Assembly (NCBI GenBank): GCA_903836265.1
Contig: CAILQK010000258.1
Coordinates: 1-62,430, forward strand
DNA length: 62,430 bases
Direction of reading: 5' to 3'
Source of the DNA: an uncultured Bacteroidota bacterium
GTDB taxonomy: Bacteria; Bacteroidota; Bacteroidia; Chitinophagales; Saprospiraceae
Every line of letters starts with the position of its first letter. Positions within the stretch are counted from its first letter, which is position 1. The translations under genes and the position numbers were made by a program. The notes under the pieces are model-generated. The model saw nothing but the letters and a program-made list of their open reading frames with translations, searched no databases and was not told the DNA's origin. Shown in pieces: positions 18,328 to 28,167 of the stretch.

Positions 18328-20193
18328 TCAGCTTTTCTCTGCCAGTTCGAGCCAGCGCAGCTCTTTCATTTCGAGTGTTTCCTGTAACTCACCCAGTTCC
18401 TTCGACAATTTTGAGATGGTATCAGGGGAAAGCGATGTGTCATTGAAAGACTCCATGATTTCCCGTTTTCGCTCCTCTCCGGCTGCGATTTCCCGTTCCA
18501 GCTTGCGCATTTCGTTCTTCTCCGTGTTGGTGAGTCCGGCTTTGGGTGTGGCAGGCGCTGCAGCCGTGGCCTTCTCGGCGGCGGACTTGTCGGCAGAGAC
18601 CTGTTCAGCCCTCTTGAGGGCCCTGTATTCGGCATAGGTTCCGTTGAAGTCGCGAATTTTCCCTCCGCCCTCAAATACAAAAAGGTGATCTACCAGACGA
18701 TCCATAAAATAACGATCGTGCGTCACCACCAGCAGTACTCCCGGATAATCTTCCAGAAAGTCTTCAAGTACCTGAAGCGTAAGTACATCCAGGTCATTGG
18801 TGGGCTCGTCGAGAATGAGAAAATTGGGATTCTTCATCAGGACTGTCAGCAGATAAAGCCGTCGGCGTTCACCACCGCTGAGCTGGCTCACATACACCTG
18901 CTGCTGCGCGCGAGAGAAGAGGAATCGCTCGAGCAACTGGGCAGCGGAGAGTTCCTTCCCTTTTTCCAGCGGAATATAGTCGGCAATATCGCGAACCACA
19001 TCAATTACCCGTTTGTCTTCCGACATCCGGATACCCTCCTGTTTGTAATGGCCGAATGTTACGGTATCCCCCACAACCACCTTGCCGGTATCGGGGTCGA
19101 GCATTCCGGTTAGAATTTCAAGAAAAGTTGATTTGCCGGCGCCATTTTGTCCGACAATCCCCAGCCTTTCCTTTCTTTTGAATTTGTAAGAGAAATTGTC
19201 GAGAATACGCTTGTTTCCGAATGACTTGCTGATATTGTGCAGTTCGACGATTTTGCCACCCAGCCAGGTTTCCTTGATGGCAAGGCTCATTTCCTCCGGT
19301 TTTTTCTTCAGGGAGTCGAGTACGTCCTTCTTCTCGTAATAGGCATCCACGCGGGCCTTGGCCTTGGTGGTACGGGCCTGCGGCGATCTTCGCACCCAGT
19401 CGAGTTCCCGTTTCAGGAGTTTGTTCTGGCGGTCGTACGTAACCGCCTCCACCTCCTCCCTGGTCGCTTTTTTTTCCAGATAATCGGCATAAGATCCTGA
19501 ATACCGGCGAATTACTCCACCTTCGAGTTCTATGATGCTGTCGCAAACATTTTCGAGGAAGTAACGGTCGTGCGTCACCATGAAAAGTGTCAGATTGGGC
19601 GACTGCAGGTATTCCTCCAGCCATTCAATCATTTCAATATCGAGGTGGTTGGTAGGCTCGTCGAGGATTAGGAAGTCCGGTTCGTCGAGCAGAATTTTTA
19701 CCAGGGCAAGCCTTTTCTGCTGCCCCCCCGAGAGCGTATTCACCTTCTGTTCGAAATCATCGAGCCGGAAACGGAAGAGCAGTTCCTTGACCCTGGCCTC
19801 GAAAGACCACGCGTTCTGCATGTCCATTTCTGCCATTGCCTCCTGCAGTTCCTCCGCCATTTCGGGGTGTGCCAGTGCCTTTTCGTAGCGTTTTACTATC
19901 CTGACCAGCGGATTGGCCGGATCAAGAACAGCAGAGAGTACATCCAGTTCGGGATGAAACCGGGGCTCCTGATCGAGCCAGCCGATACGAATATCTTTCC
20001 TGAGTGTGATTTTGGCACGCTCTCCCTCAGACCCCTCCAGCCCGGCGATCACCCGCATGAGTGTTGTTTTACCGGTGCCGTTTTTGGCTATGAGGCCAAT
20101 CTTCTGCCCCTTGTCTATATAGAGGCTGAGATTCTGGAACAGCACTTTTTCACCATAACTTTTGGTGATATTTTCGAGCGTAAGGAAATTCAT
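18328..20193 (-). CDS. ABC-F family ATPase (two ABC cassettes, no TMD)
   Basis: Two Walker A sites (GKNGTGKTT, GQNGAGKST), two LSGG signatures (LSGGQQKR, LSGGERRR) and a C-terminal coiled-coil tail. Confidence 0.9.
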   Translation of the reverse strand: MNFLTLENITKSYGEKVLFQNLSLYIDKGQKIGLIAKNGTGKTTLMRVIAGLEGSEGERAKITLRKDIRIGWLDQEPRFHPELDVLSAVLDPANPLVRIVKRYEKALAHPEMAEELQEAMAEMDMQNAWSFEARVKELLFRFRLDDFEQKVNTLSGGQQKRLALVKILLDEPDFLILDEPTNHLDIEMIEWLEEYLQSPNLTLFMVTHDRYFLENVCDSIIELEGGVIRRYSGSYADYLEKKATREEVEAVTYDRQNKLLKRELDWVRRSPQARTTKAKARVDAYYEKKDVLDSLKKKPEEMSLAIKETWLGGKIVELHNISKSFGNKRILDNFSYKFKRKERLGIVGQNGAGKSTFLEILTGMLDPDTGKVVVGDTVTFGHYKQEGIRMSEDKRVIDVVRDIADYIPLEKGKELSAAQLLERFLFSRAQQQVYVSQLSGGERRRLYLLTVLMKNPNFLILDEPTNDLDVLTLQVLEDFLEDYPGVLLVVTHDRYFMDRLVDHLFVFEGGGKIRDFNGTYAEYRALKRAEQVSADKSAAEKATAAAPATPKAGLTNTEKNEMRKLEREIAAGEERKREIMESFNDTSLSPDTISKLSKELGELQETLEMKELRWLELAEKS

Positions 20194-20385
20194 GATCAGC
20201 GATTAGGGTGCGAAGGTAGGGGTTTTCCGGCAAGCGGGTATTTCAAACATGCCCTGCCGGGTCCGGCGTCAAAAGAGCAGGGGTGAACAGCTGGAGAACG
20301 CAGGTATAAGAACCAATGCAAAAATGGAATGACAAATTTTGACAGATGGCATAAAATATCATTAAAAGTTGCAAAAAAAACTCTA

Positions 20386-20393
20386 TAATTTTG
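20386..20393 (+). promoter_or_regulatory. candidate -7 box (TAATTTTG) upstream of susC
   Basis: Matches TAnnTTTG and lies about 108 nt upstream of the SusC ATG at 20501. Confidence 0.3.
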
Positions 20394-20500
20394 ATATACT
20401 ATATTTTTTCTTGACTTTTGTAGCGAAAACGACATAAATGTTATTCATCCGGCATGCCGGATTTTCACCGACAGAAAACACTCATTCAAATTTTATTCGT

Positions 20501-23434
20501 ATGTTTCAAAAACAACTTAAATCGTGCCTAATGCTGGCAGTTGCCCTGCTCTTCTGGAGCAGTGCTGTCATAGCGCAGCGGCAAATCAGCGGCCGGGTAA
20601 CCGATGCCGAGACAGGCGAACCCCTCATTGGCGCCAGTATCGTTGTAACCGGTACTACAGCTGGCTCAATCGCCGATGTACAGGGCAATTTTCGCCTTTC
20701 GCTCCCTTCGGATGCCAAATCCATCCTTGTTACTTACACCGGTTATACTGAGCAGACCGTTGATCTCGGGGCCAGCACTACCTACGAAGTCAGGCTGATT
20801 CCGGGAGTTGCACTCACAGAAACTGTAATTATCGGCTACGGTCGTGTAAAAAGAGAGGATCTGACAGGTTCTGTGGTAGCAGTAACACCGAAAGAGTTCA
20901 ACAAGGGTGCTATCACAGGGCCTCAGGAACTGCTGGCCGGCAAGGTTGCCGGCGTACAGGTAACTACAGGCGCCGACCCGGGCGGTGGCGCCACTATCCG
21001 GATTCGCGGTGGATCATCTCTGAGTGCCACCAATGACCCGCTGATTGTTATTGACGGTGTTCCGGTGGCAAACGACGATATCGCCGGCGCACGCAACGTG
21101 CTCAATGTGGTCAATCCGAACGATGTAGAAAGTATTACAGTGCTAAAAGATGCCTCTGCAACGGCAATTTACGGATCGCGTGCCTCCAATGGTGTCATAA
21201 TGATTACGACGAAAAAGGGTAACTCAAAGAAAGAGCTTCGTACAGAATACAACGGCAGTGTCGCATTCAGCAACATTGTACAGACTGCTGATGTCCTGTC
21301 GGCCGATGAATACCGCGATCTGATTTTTGCCCGCTTTGGAGAAAATCACCCTGCACGCGCACTGCTTGGAAATGCAAACACCGACTGGCAGAGTGAAATT
21401 TACCAGACAGGGGTCATGCAGGATCACAACCTGTCCCTTTCCGGTGGTATCGGCAAACTTCCATTCCGCGTATCCTGGGGTTTGACCGACCGCGATGGTA
21501 TTCTCAAGACAGACAATTTCAATCGTCTGACAACCGCTGTCAACATGAACCCGACATTCCTGAAGGATATGTTGCAGGTGAATGTCAACTTCAAGGCGAT
21601 GTCTGACAGAAACCACTTCGCTGACCGCGGCGCTATAGGCTCTGCCTTCCAGTTCGATCCGACCCAGCCCACCACAGTAGCCGATGGCCCTTACGGAGGA
21701 TACTATACCTGGCTGAACAACGACGGCAATCCGAATACACTGGCTACGGCCAATCCGCTGGCTCTGCTGTACATGAAGAACGACGAGTCGCACGTAAGCC
21801 GCTACCTGCTCAATGCTTCGGCTGACTACCGTTTCTGGTTCCTGCCAGCTCTTCACGCCAACCTGAACGTAGGCTACGACCGCTCCTACGGCTCCGGCTC
21901 TGTGTTTATACCGGCCGATGCAGCATTTGCATTCTCTACCGGTGGCCGCGACGAGGTGTACAACCAGACCAAGCGCAACAAGCTGGTCGAGTTTTACCTG
22001 AACTACGCCAAACAGTTCGGCAAAAACAACCTTGACCTGATGGGTGGCTACTCCTGGCAGCATTTCTATCGCAACAACTATGCGTTCGCAACCAATGTGG
22101 ACAAGTCACAGGTACTTCGCCCGGCCGACAGCACACCCAAAGAGTACTATCTGCTCTCGCTGTTCGGACGTATGAACTACTCCTTCAATGATCGGATTTT
22201 CCTGACAGGTTCTGTCCGCCGCGACGGCACTTCCCGTTTCTCTGAAGATAACCGCTGGGGCCTGTTCCCGGCCGCTGCACTTGCAGTAAAGGCTGTTGAC
22301 CGCCCGAATGCCAATTTCTCCAGCATGAAACTCCGCGTGGGCTATGGTGTAACCGGCCAGCAGGACATCAACAGCGATTACTACCCGTATCTGGCAAGGT
22401 ACCTGGCCAGTACGCCAACAGCCCAGTACCAGCTTGGCAACCAGTTTATCCAGACACTGCGTCCGGAAGGTTATGATGCAAACATCAAATGGGAGGAAAC
22501 AACCACATATAACGCCGCCATTGACTACGGTTTCTGGGGAAATCGTGTAACCGGTGCCGTTGAGGTATATCTGCGCAAAACAAAGGATCTGATCAACTAC
22601 ATACCCGTTGCCGCCGGCACCAACCTCACCAACTTCATCAATACCAACGTTGGCGACCTGGAAAACCGCGGTATCGAGTTCTCTCTGAACACCACTCCGT
22701 GGCAGAGCGACAAGGGCAGCTGGACATTCGGATTCAACGTGGCCTACAACGAAAACAAAATCACCCGCCTGACCAAAACTGAAGACCCCAACTACCAGGG
22801 TGTCAACGTAGGAGGTATCGCCGGTGGCGTGGGCAACACCATCCAGATTCACAGCGTGGGCTTCCCGGCAAACTCGTTTTTTGTTTATGAACAGGTGTAT
22901 GATGCGCAGGGAACTCCCATCGAGGGCCTGTACGTTGATCGCAACGGCGATGGAAAACTTACACCAGACGATCGCTACCGATACGAAAAGCCGGCTCCAA
23001 ACTACCTGATAGGTTTCACTACCGGACTGAATATAGGAAAGTTCGACTTTTCAGCAGCGGGCCGTGCCAATCTGGGCAACTACATCTACAACAACAATCT
23101 GTCGAACAACGCGTACTACAACCAGCTCTACGGAAGTACGAATGTGCTGCGCAATGTGCTTTCTCCGACTGCATCCATTGACTTCACAGTTCCCCAGTAC
23201 TTCTCCGATTACTTCATCAGCGATGCATCCTTCCTGCGCGTAGATCACGTAACTGCCGGTTACACCTTCAATATCGGCCGCCGAATCCAGTCGCTGCGCC
23301 TGTCTGCTACGGTACAAAACCCGCTGCTGATCACCAACTACGACGGACTTGATCCGGAAGTGTTCGGTGGTATTGATAACAACGTTTACCCACGCGCTCG
23401 CACGTTCCTCCTCGGGCTGCGCGCCAACTTCTAA
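20501..23434 (+). CDS. susC: SusC/RagA family TonB-linked outer membrane protein
   Basis: Signal peptide ending AVIAQ, a carboxypeptidase-regulatory-like N-domain (ISGRVTDAETGEPLIGASIVV), a plug (IIGYGRVKREDLTGSV) and a C-terminal aromatic residue (..LRANF). The ORF was trimmed to the ATG at 20501. Confidence 0.9.
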   Translation: MFQKQLKSCLMLAVALLFWSSAVIAQRQISGRVTDAETGEPLIGASIVVTGTTAGSIADVQGNFRLSLPSDAKSILVTYTGYTEQTVDLGASTTYEVRLIPGVALTETVIIGYGRVKREDLTGSVVAVTPKEFNKGAITGPQELLAGKVAGVQVTTGADPGGGATIRIRGGSSLSATNDPLIVIDGVPVANDDIAGARNVLNVVNPNDVESITVLKDASATAIYGSRASNGVIMITTKKGNSKKELRTEYNGSVAFSNIVQTADVLSADEYRDLIFARFGENHPARALLGNANTDWQSEIYQTGVMQDHNLSLSGGIGKLPFRVSWGLTDRDGILKTDNFNRLTTAVNMNPTFLKDMLQVNVNFKAMSDRNHFADRGAIGSAFQFDPTQPTTVADGPYGGYYTWLNNDGNPNTLATANPLALLYMKNDESHVSRYLLNASADYRFWFLPALHANLNVGYDRSYGSGSVFIPADAAFAFSTGGRDEVYNQTKRNKLVEFYLNYAKQFGKNNLDLMGGYSWQHFYRNNYAFATNVDKSQVLRPADSTPKEYYLLSLFGRMNYSFNDRIFLTGSVRRDGTSRFSEDNRWGLFPAAALAVKAVDRPNANFSSMKLRVGYGVTGQQDINSDYYPYLARYLASTPTAQYQLGNQFIQTLRPEGYDANIKWEETTTYNAAIDYGFWGNRVTGAVEVYLRKTKDLINYIPVAAGTNLTNFINTNVGDLENRGIEFSLNTTPWQSDKGSWTFGFNVAYNENKITRLTKTEDPNYQGVNVGGIAGGVGNTIQIHSVGFPANSFFVYEQVYDAQGTPIEGLYVDRNGDGKLTPDDRYRYEKPAPNYLIGFTTGLNIGKFDFSAAGRANLGNYIYNNNLSNNAYYNQLYGSTNVLRNVLSPTASIDFTVPQYFSDYFISDASFLRVDHVTAGYTFNIGRRIQSLRLSATVQNPLLITNYDGLDPEVFGGIDNNVYPRARTFLLGLRANF

Positions 23435-23452
23435 TTCTAAACGACGAAATAT

Positions 23453-25651
23453 ATGAAACTGCTCACATTCAAAAACATGCTCTTCGTGGCCGCACTTTCC
23501 CTGACGGCCGTGTCGTGCTTCAAAGATCTGAACACTGTTCCGATTGATCCGGACGAGATCACTTCAGCGGCAGTGTATGAAAATCCGGCCGCCTACAAGC
23601 AGGTGTTGTCCAAACTGTACGCAGGCCTGGCTGTCAGCGGACAGGAAGGCCCGGCGGGCCGCCCGGACATCGCAGGTATTGACGAGGGCTTCTCTACCTA
23701 TCTGCGCCAGTACTGGAAAGCCCAGGAACTGCCCACCGACGAAGCGGTGATTGCATGGAACGATGGCAATATCCAGGACTATCACCAGCAGGACTGGGAT
23801 GCCAACAATGAGTTCATCACTGCCATGTACAACAGGATTTATTACCAGATTTCTCTGTGTAATGAGTATCTGCGTGAAACAACTGTGGAAAAACTCGACA
23901 GCCGCGGCGCCGATGCTGCCCTGAAGGCCGAGGTGGCCCAATACCGCGCCGAAGCCCGCTTCCTGCGCGCACTCAGCTACTGGCATGCACTCGACCTGTT
24001 CCGCAACGTGCCTTTTGTCACAGAAAATGACAAAGTGGGCTCCTTCTTTCCGGTTCAGTACAATGCAGAGCAACTTTCCGACTTTATCGAGTCTGAACTA
24101 AAGGACGTCGAAGGCGGTCTGGCTGCACCGCGCCAGAACGAGTACGGTCGCGCCGACAAGGCGGCAGCCTGGACGCTGCTCGCAAAACTTTACCTGAATT
24201 CAGAGGTTTACACCGGCCGCAACCGCTACAATGATTGCAACACATACTGCCAGAAGGTAATTGATGCCGGCTATACCCTGCACTCCGAGTACACTCAGCT
24301 GTTCATGGCCGATAACCAGAATGCATCGGGTATTATTTTCCCTGTACTCTTCGACGGCCTTAAAACACAGACATGGGGCGGTATGACATTCCTCGTACAC
24401 GCAGGTGTGGGAGGCAGCATGAAGGCTTCCGACTTCGGTATTGACGGTGGCTGGGGTGGTATCCGCACAACGAGTGCCCTTGTCAACAAATTCACAGCCG
24501 CCGGCGTTGAATCTGTGGTGGTGGCACCAACAGAAGGAAATACTGCCAGCTATCAGAAAATATATGTCCCCGGAAACTACCAGGGCTGGAATCCCGCAGG
24601 AGCTGCCAACCTGACATCTCCGGCTGGCAATAACACCTACGAAGGGTATATTTATTTCCCGGAAGACAACTCACCCTTCAAGTTCACACTCGGCCCCGAC
24701 TGGAATAACAACTTCGGCGACAACGGCGCCGACGGCACACTCGACCAGAACGGAGCCAATATTTCTGCACCAACCGCCGGCTTCTACAAGATCAATGTGG
24801 ACCTGACCAACCAGACTTACACCCTGCAAAAAACAGAGTGGGGTCTGATCGGCGATGCCACCGCAGGAGGCTGGGGCGAAGACCAGAACATGACGTACAA
24901 CTCCACTTCCGGCGCGTGGGAGATCACCGCCAAACTGGAAGGCGGGAAGGACGTAAAGTTCCGTGCAAACGACGACTGGGCCCTGAATTATGGCGACGAC
25001 AGCGCCAATGCAACACTCGAGCAAAACGGCGCAAATATCAAAATTCCGTCCGGCGGCACCTACCAGATCAAACTGTATCTGGACAAACCCGATTACACCT
25101 ACTCCATCGAGAAACTCTCTCTGGATGGCCGGGCTCTGTTCTACACAGACGGACAGTCGCTCGAAATTGCTGATATCTCGCAGTTCACAGAGGGCTATGC
25201 ACTTTCCAAGTACAAAAACGTCACCTCCGGAGGTGCTGCAGGCTCCCACCCGACTTTTGTTGACAATGACTTCCCGCTCTTCCGTATCGAAGATGTGCTG
25301 CTGATGAAAGCAGAAGCACTCCTTCGCAACGGTGGTTCATCTTCAGAAGCAGCCCAGCTGGTGAATACAGTACGTCAGCGCGCATACGGTGGCGGTACAG
25401 CAGCAAATGTCAACGCTGCTGATCTGACACTGGATTTCATCCTCGACGAGCGCGCACGCGAACTGTACTGGGAAGGACATCGCCGGACAGACCTGGTCCG
25501 TTTCGGCAAATTCAGCGAAACAAGCTATCTGTGGCCGTGGAAAGGCGGTGTAAAAGAAGGTGTTTCCACTTCGAAGCACCTTGATATTTTCCCGATTCCG
25601 GCTTCTGACCGCGGTGCCAACCCGAACCTGCAACAAAATCCGGGTTATTAA
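23453..25651 (+). CDS. susD: SusD/RagB family nutrient-binding lipoprotein with a ~200-aa internal SusE/F-like insertion
   Basis: SLTAVSC lipobox. It sits immediately after SusC. The typical SusD C-terminal segment is present (FPLFRIEDVLLMKAEALL...ERARELYWEGHRRTDLVRF). The insert at about 24490..25120 is paralogous to the next gene. Confidence 0.85.
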   Translation: MKLLTFKNMLFVAALSLTAVSCFKDLNTVPIDPDEITSAAVYENPAAYKQVLSKLYAGLAVSGQEGPAGRPDIAGIDEGFSTYLRQYWKAQELPTDEAVIAWNDGNIQDYHQQDWDANNEFITAMYNRIYYQISLCNEYLRETTVEKLDSRGADAALKAEVAQYRAEARFLRALSYWHALDLFRNVPFVTENDKVGSFFPVQYNAEQLSDFIESELKDVEGGLAAPRQNEYGRADKAAAWTLLAKLYLNSEVYTGRNRYNDCNTYCQKVIDAGYTLHSEYTQLFMADNQNASGIIFPVLFDGLKTQTWGGMTFLVHAGVGGSMKASDFGIDGGWGGIRTTSALVNKFTAAGVESVVVAPTEGNTASYQKIYVPGNYQGWNPAGAANLTSPAGNNTYEGYIYFPEDNSPFKFTLGPDWNNNFGDNGADGTLDQNGANISAPTAGFYKINVDLTNQTYTLQKTEWGLIGDATAGGWGEDQNMTYNSTSGAWEITAKLEGGKDVKFRANDDWALNYGDDSANATLEQNGANIKIPSGGTYQIKLYLDKPDYTYSIEKLSLDGRALFYTDGQSLEIADISQFTEGYALSKYKNVTSGGAAGSHPTFVDNDFPLFRIEDVLLMKAEALLRNGGSSSEAAQLVNTVRQRAYGGGTAANVNAADLTLDFILDERARELYWEGHRRTDLVRFGKFSETSYLWPWKGGVKEGVSTSKHLDIFPIPASDRGANPNLQQNPGY

Positions 25652-25732
25652 TTTTTCACACTATCCCGCGTATTCCGGGAATGATGCCAGTCTGTGTCAT
25701 TTCCGGAATACACGGAATCAATATCAAAAAAT

Positions 25733-26764
25733 ATGAAAAAACTTCCTGGTTTCATTTTGGGTACTGCCCTGCTGCTTTCCGCCTGCTCGGAGCAGACAAA
25801 GGATCCTGTACTGCAACTCGGTGCTGCACCTGCCATCACAGCACCGGCAGCAAGTGCTGCATTTACCCTCACAGAAAATACGGCAAATGATATTTTTTCG
25901 CCTTTTACCTGGACAGCCGGATCTTATGGCTTCGACGCAGCTGTAAGCTACACGCTCGAACTGGACAAAGCGGGCAACAACTTTGCCGATCCGGTCGTGG
26001 TGGGCACTGTGAATGCGCTCTCGCTGGATGGCGTGACAAACGGCAAAATAAACAATATCCTCCTCTCCAAAGGTCTGCCGGCCGACGAAGCCTCCAATAT
26101 TGAGTTTCGTCTGGCCGCCCGCGTAAACCCGGATGTCGAGGTGGTTTATTCTGCACCGGTTTCTGTTCGTATTACTCCCTACCCGGTAATTATCGTTTAC
26201 CCGCAATTGCAGGTACCCGGCAGCTATCAGGGCTGGAACCCGGGCGATAACAATACCATCATCTTCTCCGCGCGCAGCGACGAGAAATATGAGGGCTATA
26301 TCTACTTCGCAAATCCGGGAGAGAAGTACAAGTTCACCAAAGGCCCAAGCTGGGCAAACAACTGGGGCGATAATGGTCTGGATGGCACACTTGAAAAAGA
26401 CGGTGCCGACATTCCGCTCGCCGATGCCGGTCTGTACAAACTGAATGTTGATCTCAATGCACTTACGCACAGTAACCTGAAAACCAGCTGGAGTATCATC
26501 GGCAGCGCCGTCGGCGGATGGGATGTGGACAAAAACATGACATACGATCCGGGCACCCGCAAACTGGTGGCAACGCTCGATCTGGTACAGGGCGAAATGA
26601 AGTTCCGCGCCAACAACGACTGGGCTGTAAACCTCGGAGATAACGATGCCAACCGCTCACTTGAATATGGTGGCGCCAACATCGCGGTAACTGAAAACGG
26701 CAACTACACCGTTGAACTGAACCTCGGCAATGCAGTTTATAACTACAAGCTGACCAAGAACTGA
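25733..26764 (+). CDS. SusE/SusF-like outer membrane lipoprotein (glycan-binding beta-sandwich domains)
   Basis: MKKLPGFILGTALLLSAC lipobox. It is third in the SusC/D cluster. Motifs YQGWNP, YEGYIYF, WSIIGSAVGGW and KFRANNDWAVNLG are present. Confidence 0.7.
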   Translation: MKKLPGFILGTALLLSACSEQTKDPVLQLGAAPAITAPAASAAFTLTENTANDIFSPFTWTAGSYGFDAAVSYTLELDKAGNNFADPVVVGTVNALSLDGVTNGKINNILLSKGLPADEASNIEFRLAARVNPDVEVVYSAPVSVRITPYPVIIVYPQLQVPGSYQGWNPGDNNTIIFSARSDEKYEGYIYFANPGEKYKFTKGPSWANNWGDNGLDGTLEKDGADIPLADAGLYKLNVDLNALTHSNLKTSWSIIGSAVGGWDVDKNMTYDPGTRKLVATLDLVQGEMKFRANNDWAVNLGDNDANRSLEYGGANIAVTENGNYTVELNLGNAVYNYKLTKN

Positions 26765-26794
26765 TTGGCTTTTTCAGCTGATAAAATATTTCCA

Positions 26795-26830
26795 GGGGGA
26801 AGCACCAGCCGGTACTTCCCCCTGTTATTT
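26795..26830 (+). terminator. intrinsic terminator after the SusC/D/E cluster
   Basis: GGGGGAAG, a 12-nt loop, then CTTCCCCC (perfect 8-bp stem) followed by TGTTATTT. Confidence 0.5.
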
Positions 26831-26863
26831 ATGGTAATCAGGGAAATACAATAATCAGTAACA

Positions 26864-26900
26864 ATAAAAAAATCCCTCTTCAGAACACCGAAGAAGGATT
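26864..26900 (-). terminator. intrinsic terminator of the M23 peptidase gene
   Basis: The minus-strand RNA has a TCCTTCTTC / GAAGAGGGA stem (one G-U pair) followed by TTTTTTTATT. Confidence 0.45.
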
Positions 26901-26931
26901 AATTATATTACTTGATCTGGATGATTTTTTA

Positions 26932-27915
26932 TTAATCCAGAGACTGGTTAGCCACTTTGGCAGCCTCTACCATCTCCTGATATTCCCTGGGCGTCAGGTT
27001 GTCCATGCAGAAATTGATAGGATTGATTGGAGCGCCTCGATAATGCACCTCATAGTGAAGGTGGGGAGCAGTTGACAGGCCTGTATCGCCTACCTCCCCG
27101 ATTTTTTGTCCCTTGGTAACCTTTTGACCGGGGCGCACAGTTATACGGCTCATGTGACCGTAAAGCGTGACATACCCGAACCCGTGACTGATTTTCACAC
27201 AGTTTCCGTAACCATGATGCCAGCCGGTTTCAGTAACCACGCCATCACCGGGAGCCTGGATCGCAGTACCAACACGCGCCGGGAAATCAAGACCTGCGTG
27301 GAACTTTCTGATCTTGTATACCGGATGGATCCTGTAGCCAAAACCGGAAAGAGTACCGATCGTTTTCTGCAACTTGTCTTCCCTGACCGGTTTTACGCTG
27401 GGAATGGAGGCAAGCATATCAGTCTTGCTTTTGGCCAGAGACTGTATGGTGTCCAGAGACTTGCTCTGAAGTACAAGCTGTCTGCTCAGAAGATCTATTT
27501 TGGTGAGTGCCTCGCCAACGGCAGCTCCTCCGAATTTGAAGGCATCAACCTCGGGGTGAGCGGTGTGCCCACCTGTACCGGCCTCCCATATATCCTTGTC
27601 AACAGGATCCATACCAAAAACCATACGGTGTACATTGGCATCGCGCTCCTGTATATTGTCGAGAACCTTTGACATTACCTCTACCTGACCACTCATCTGT
27701 TTGTACTTGGATTCCATCTGTGCTATCTCGCGCATCAGATCGGCCTCACGGGGTGAGGGAAAGAGTGTGTAGAACACCGCAAGCATAGCCAGTGATGTCA
27801 CGATGACAACAGAGAACAGACCAAAGGCCTGCCAGATCCTGGTCTTCACCGGTACTACCACCTTCTCGTAGGTGAGTGTGTGAATGTTGTAAACAAACTT
27901 TTCTTTCCTGCCCAT
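26932..27915 (-). CDS. M23 family metallopeptidase (LytM domain) with an N-terminal membrane anchor
   Basis: HAGLDF..., GYGNCVKISHGFGYVTLYGHM and GDTGLSTAPHLHYEV motifs are present. Confidence 0.85.
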   Translation of the reverse strand: MGRKEKFVYNIHTLTYEKVVVPVKTRIWQAFGLFSVVIVTSLAMLAVFYTLFPSPREADLMREIAQMESKYKQMSGQVEVMSKVLDNIQERDANVHRMVFGMDPVDKDIWEAGTGGHTAHPEVDAFKFGGAAVGEALTKIDLLSRQLVLQSKSLDTIQSLAKSKTDMLASIPSVKPVREDKLQKTIGTLSGFGYRIHPVYKIRKFHAGLDFPARVGTAIQAPGDGVVTETGWHHGYGNCVKISHGFGYVTLYGHMSRITVRPGQKVTKGQKIGEVGDTGLSTAPHLHYEVHYRGAPINPINFCMDNLTPREYQEMVEAAKVANQSLD

Positions 27916-28132
27916 AAAGCTCAGTGTTTGCCAGGCAAATACATGACTGCCCTGTCATAAATCTTGTCAATCTCAGGCGGACGAAAAGCACTTGGTGAGG
28001 GTTATGACAGTGTTCGCCTGGATTTCCTGGTCAGTTAAAGAAGCACAGTGATAAAGGCGCTTCTTCAGGATTATTCAGAAAATGAAAACACCAGCGAACC
28101 TTGTCCTCGCACTCAGTGCCGAAGATTAGGTA

Positions 28133-28167
28133 GGACCCGGAATTTTGACATCCGGGGCCGGTTTTTT
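28133..28167 (+). terminator. orphan plus-strand hairpin with a T6 run in the largest intergenic gap
   Basis: CCCGGA, a 9-nt loop, TCCGGG, then GCCGG and TTTTTT. No plus-strand CDS lies upstream of it. Confidence 0.35.
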
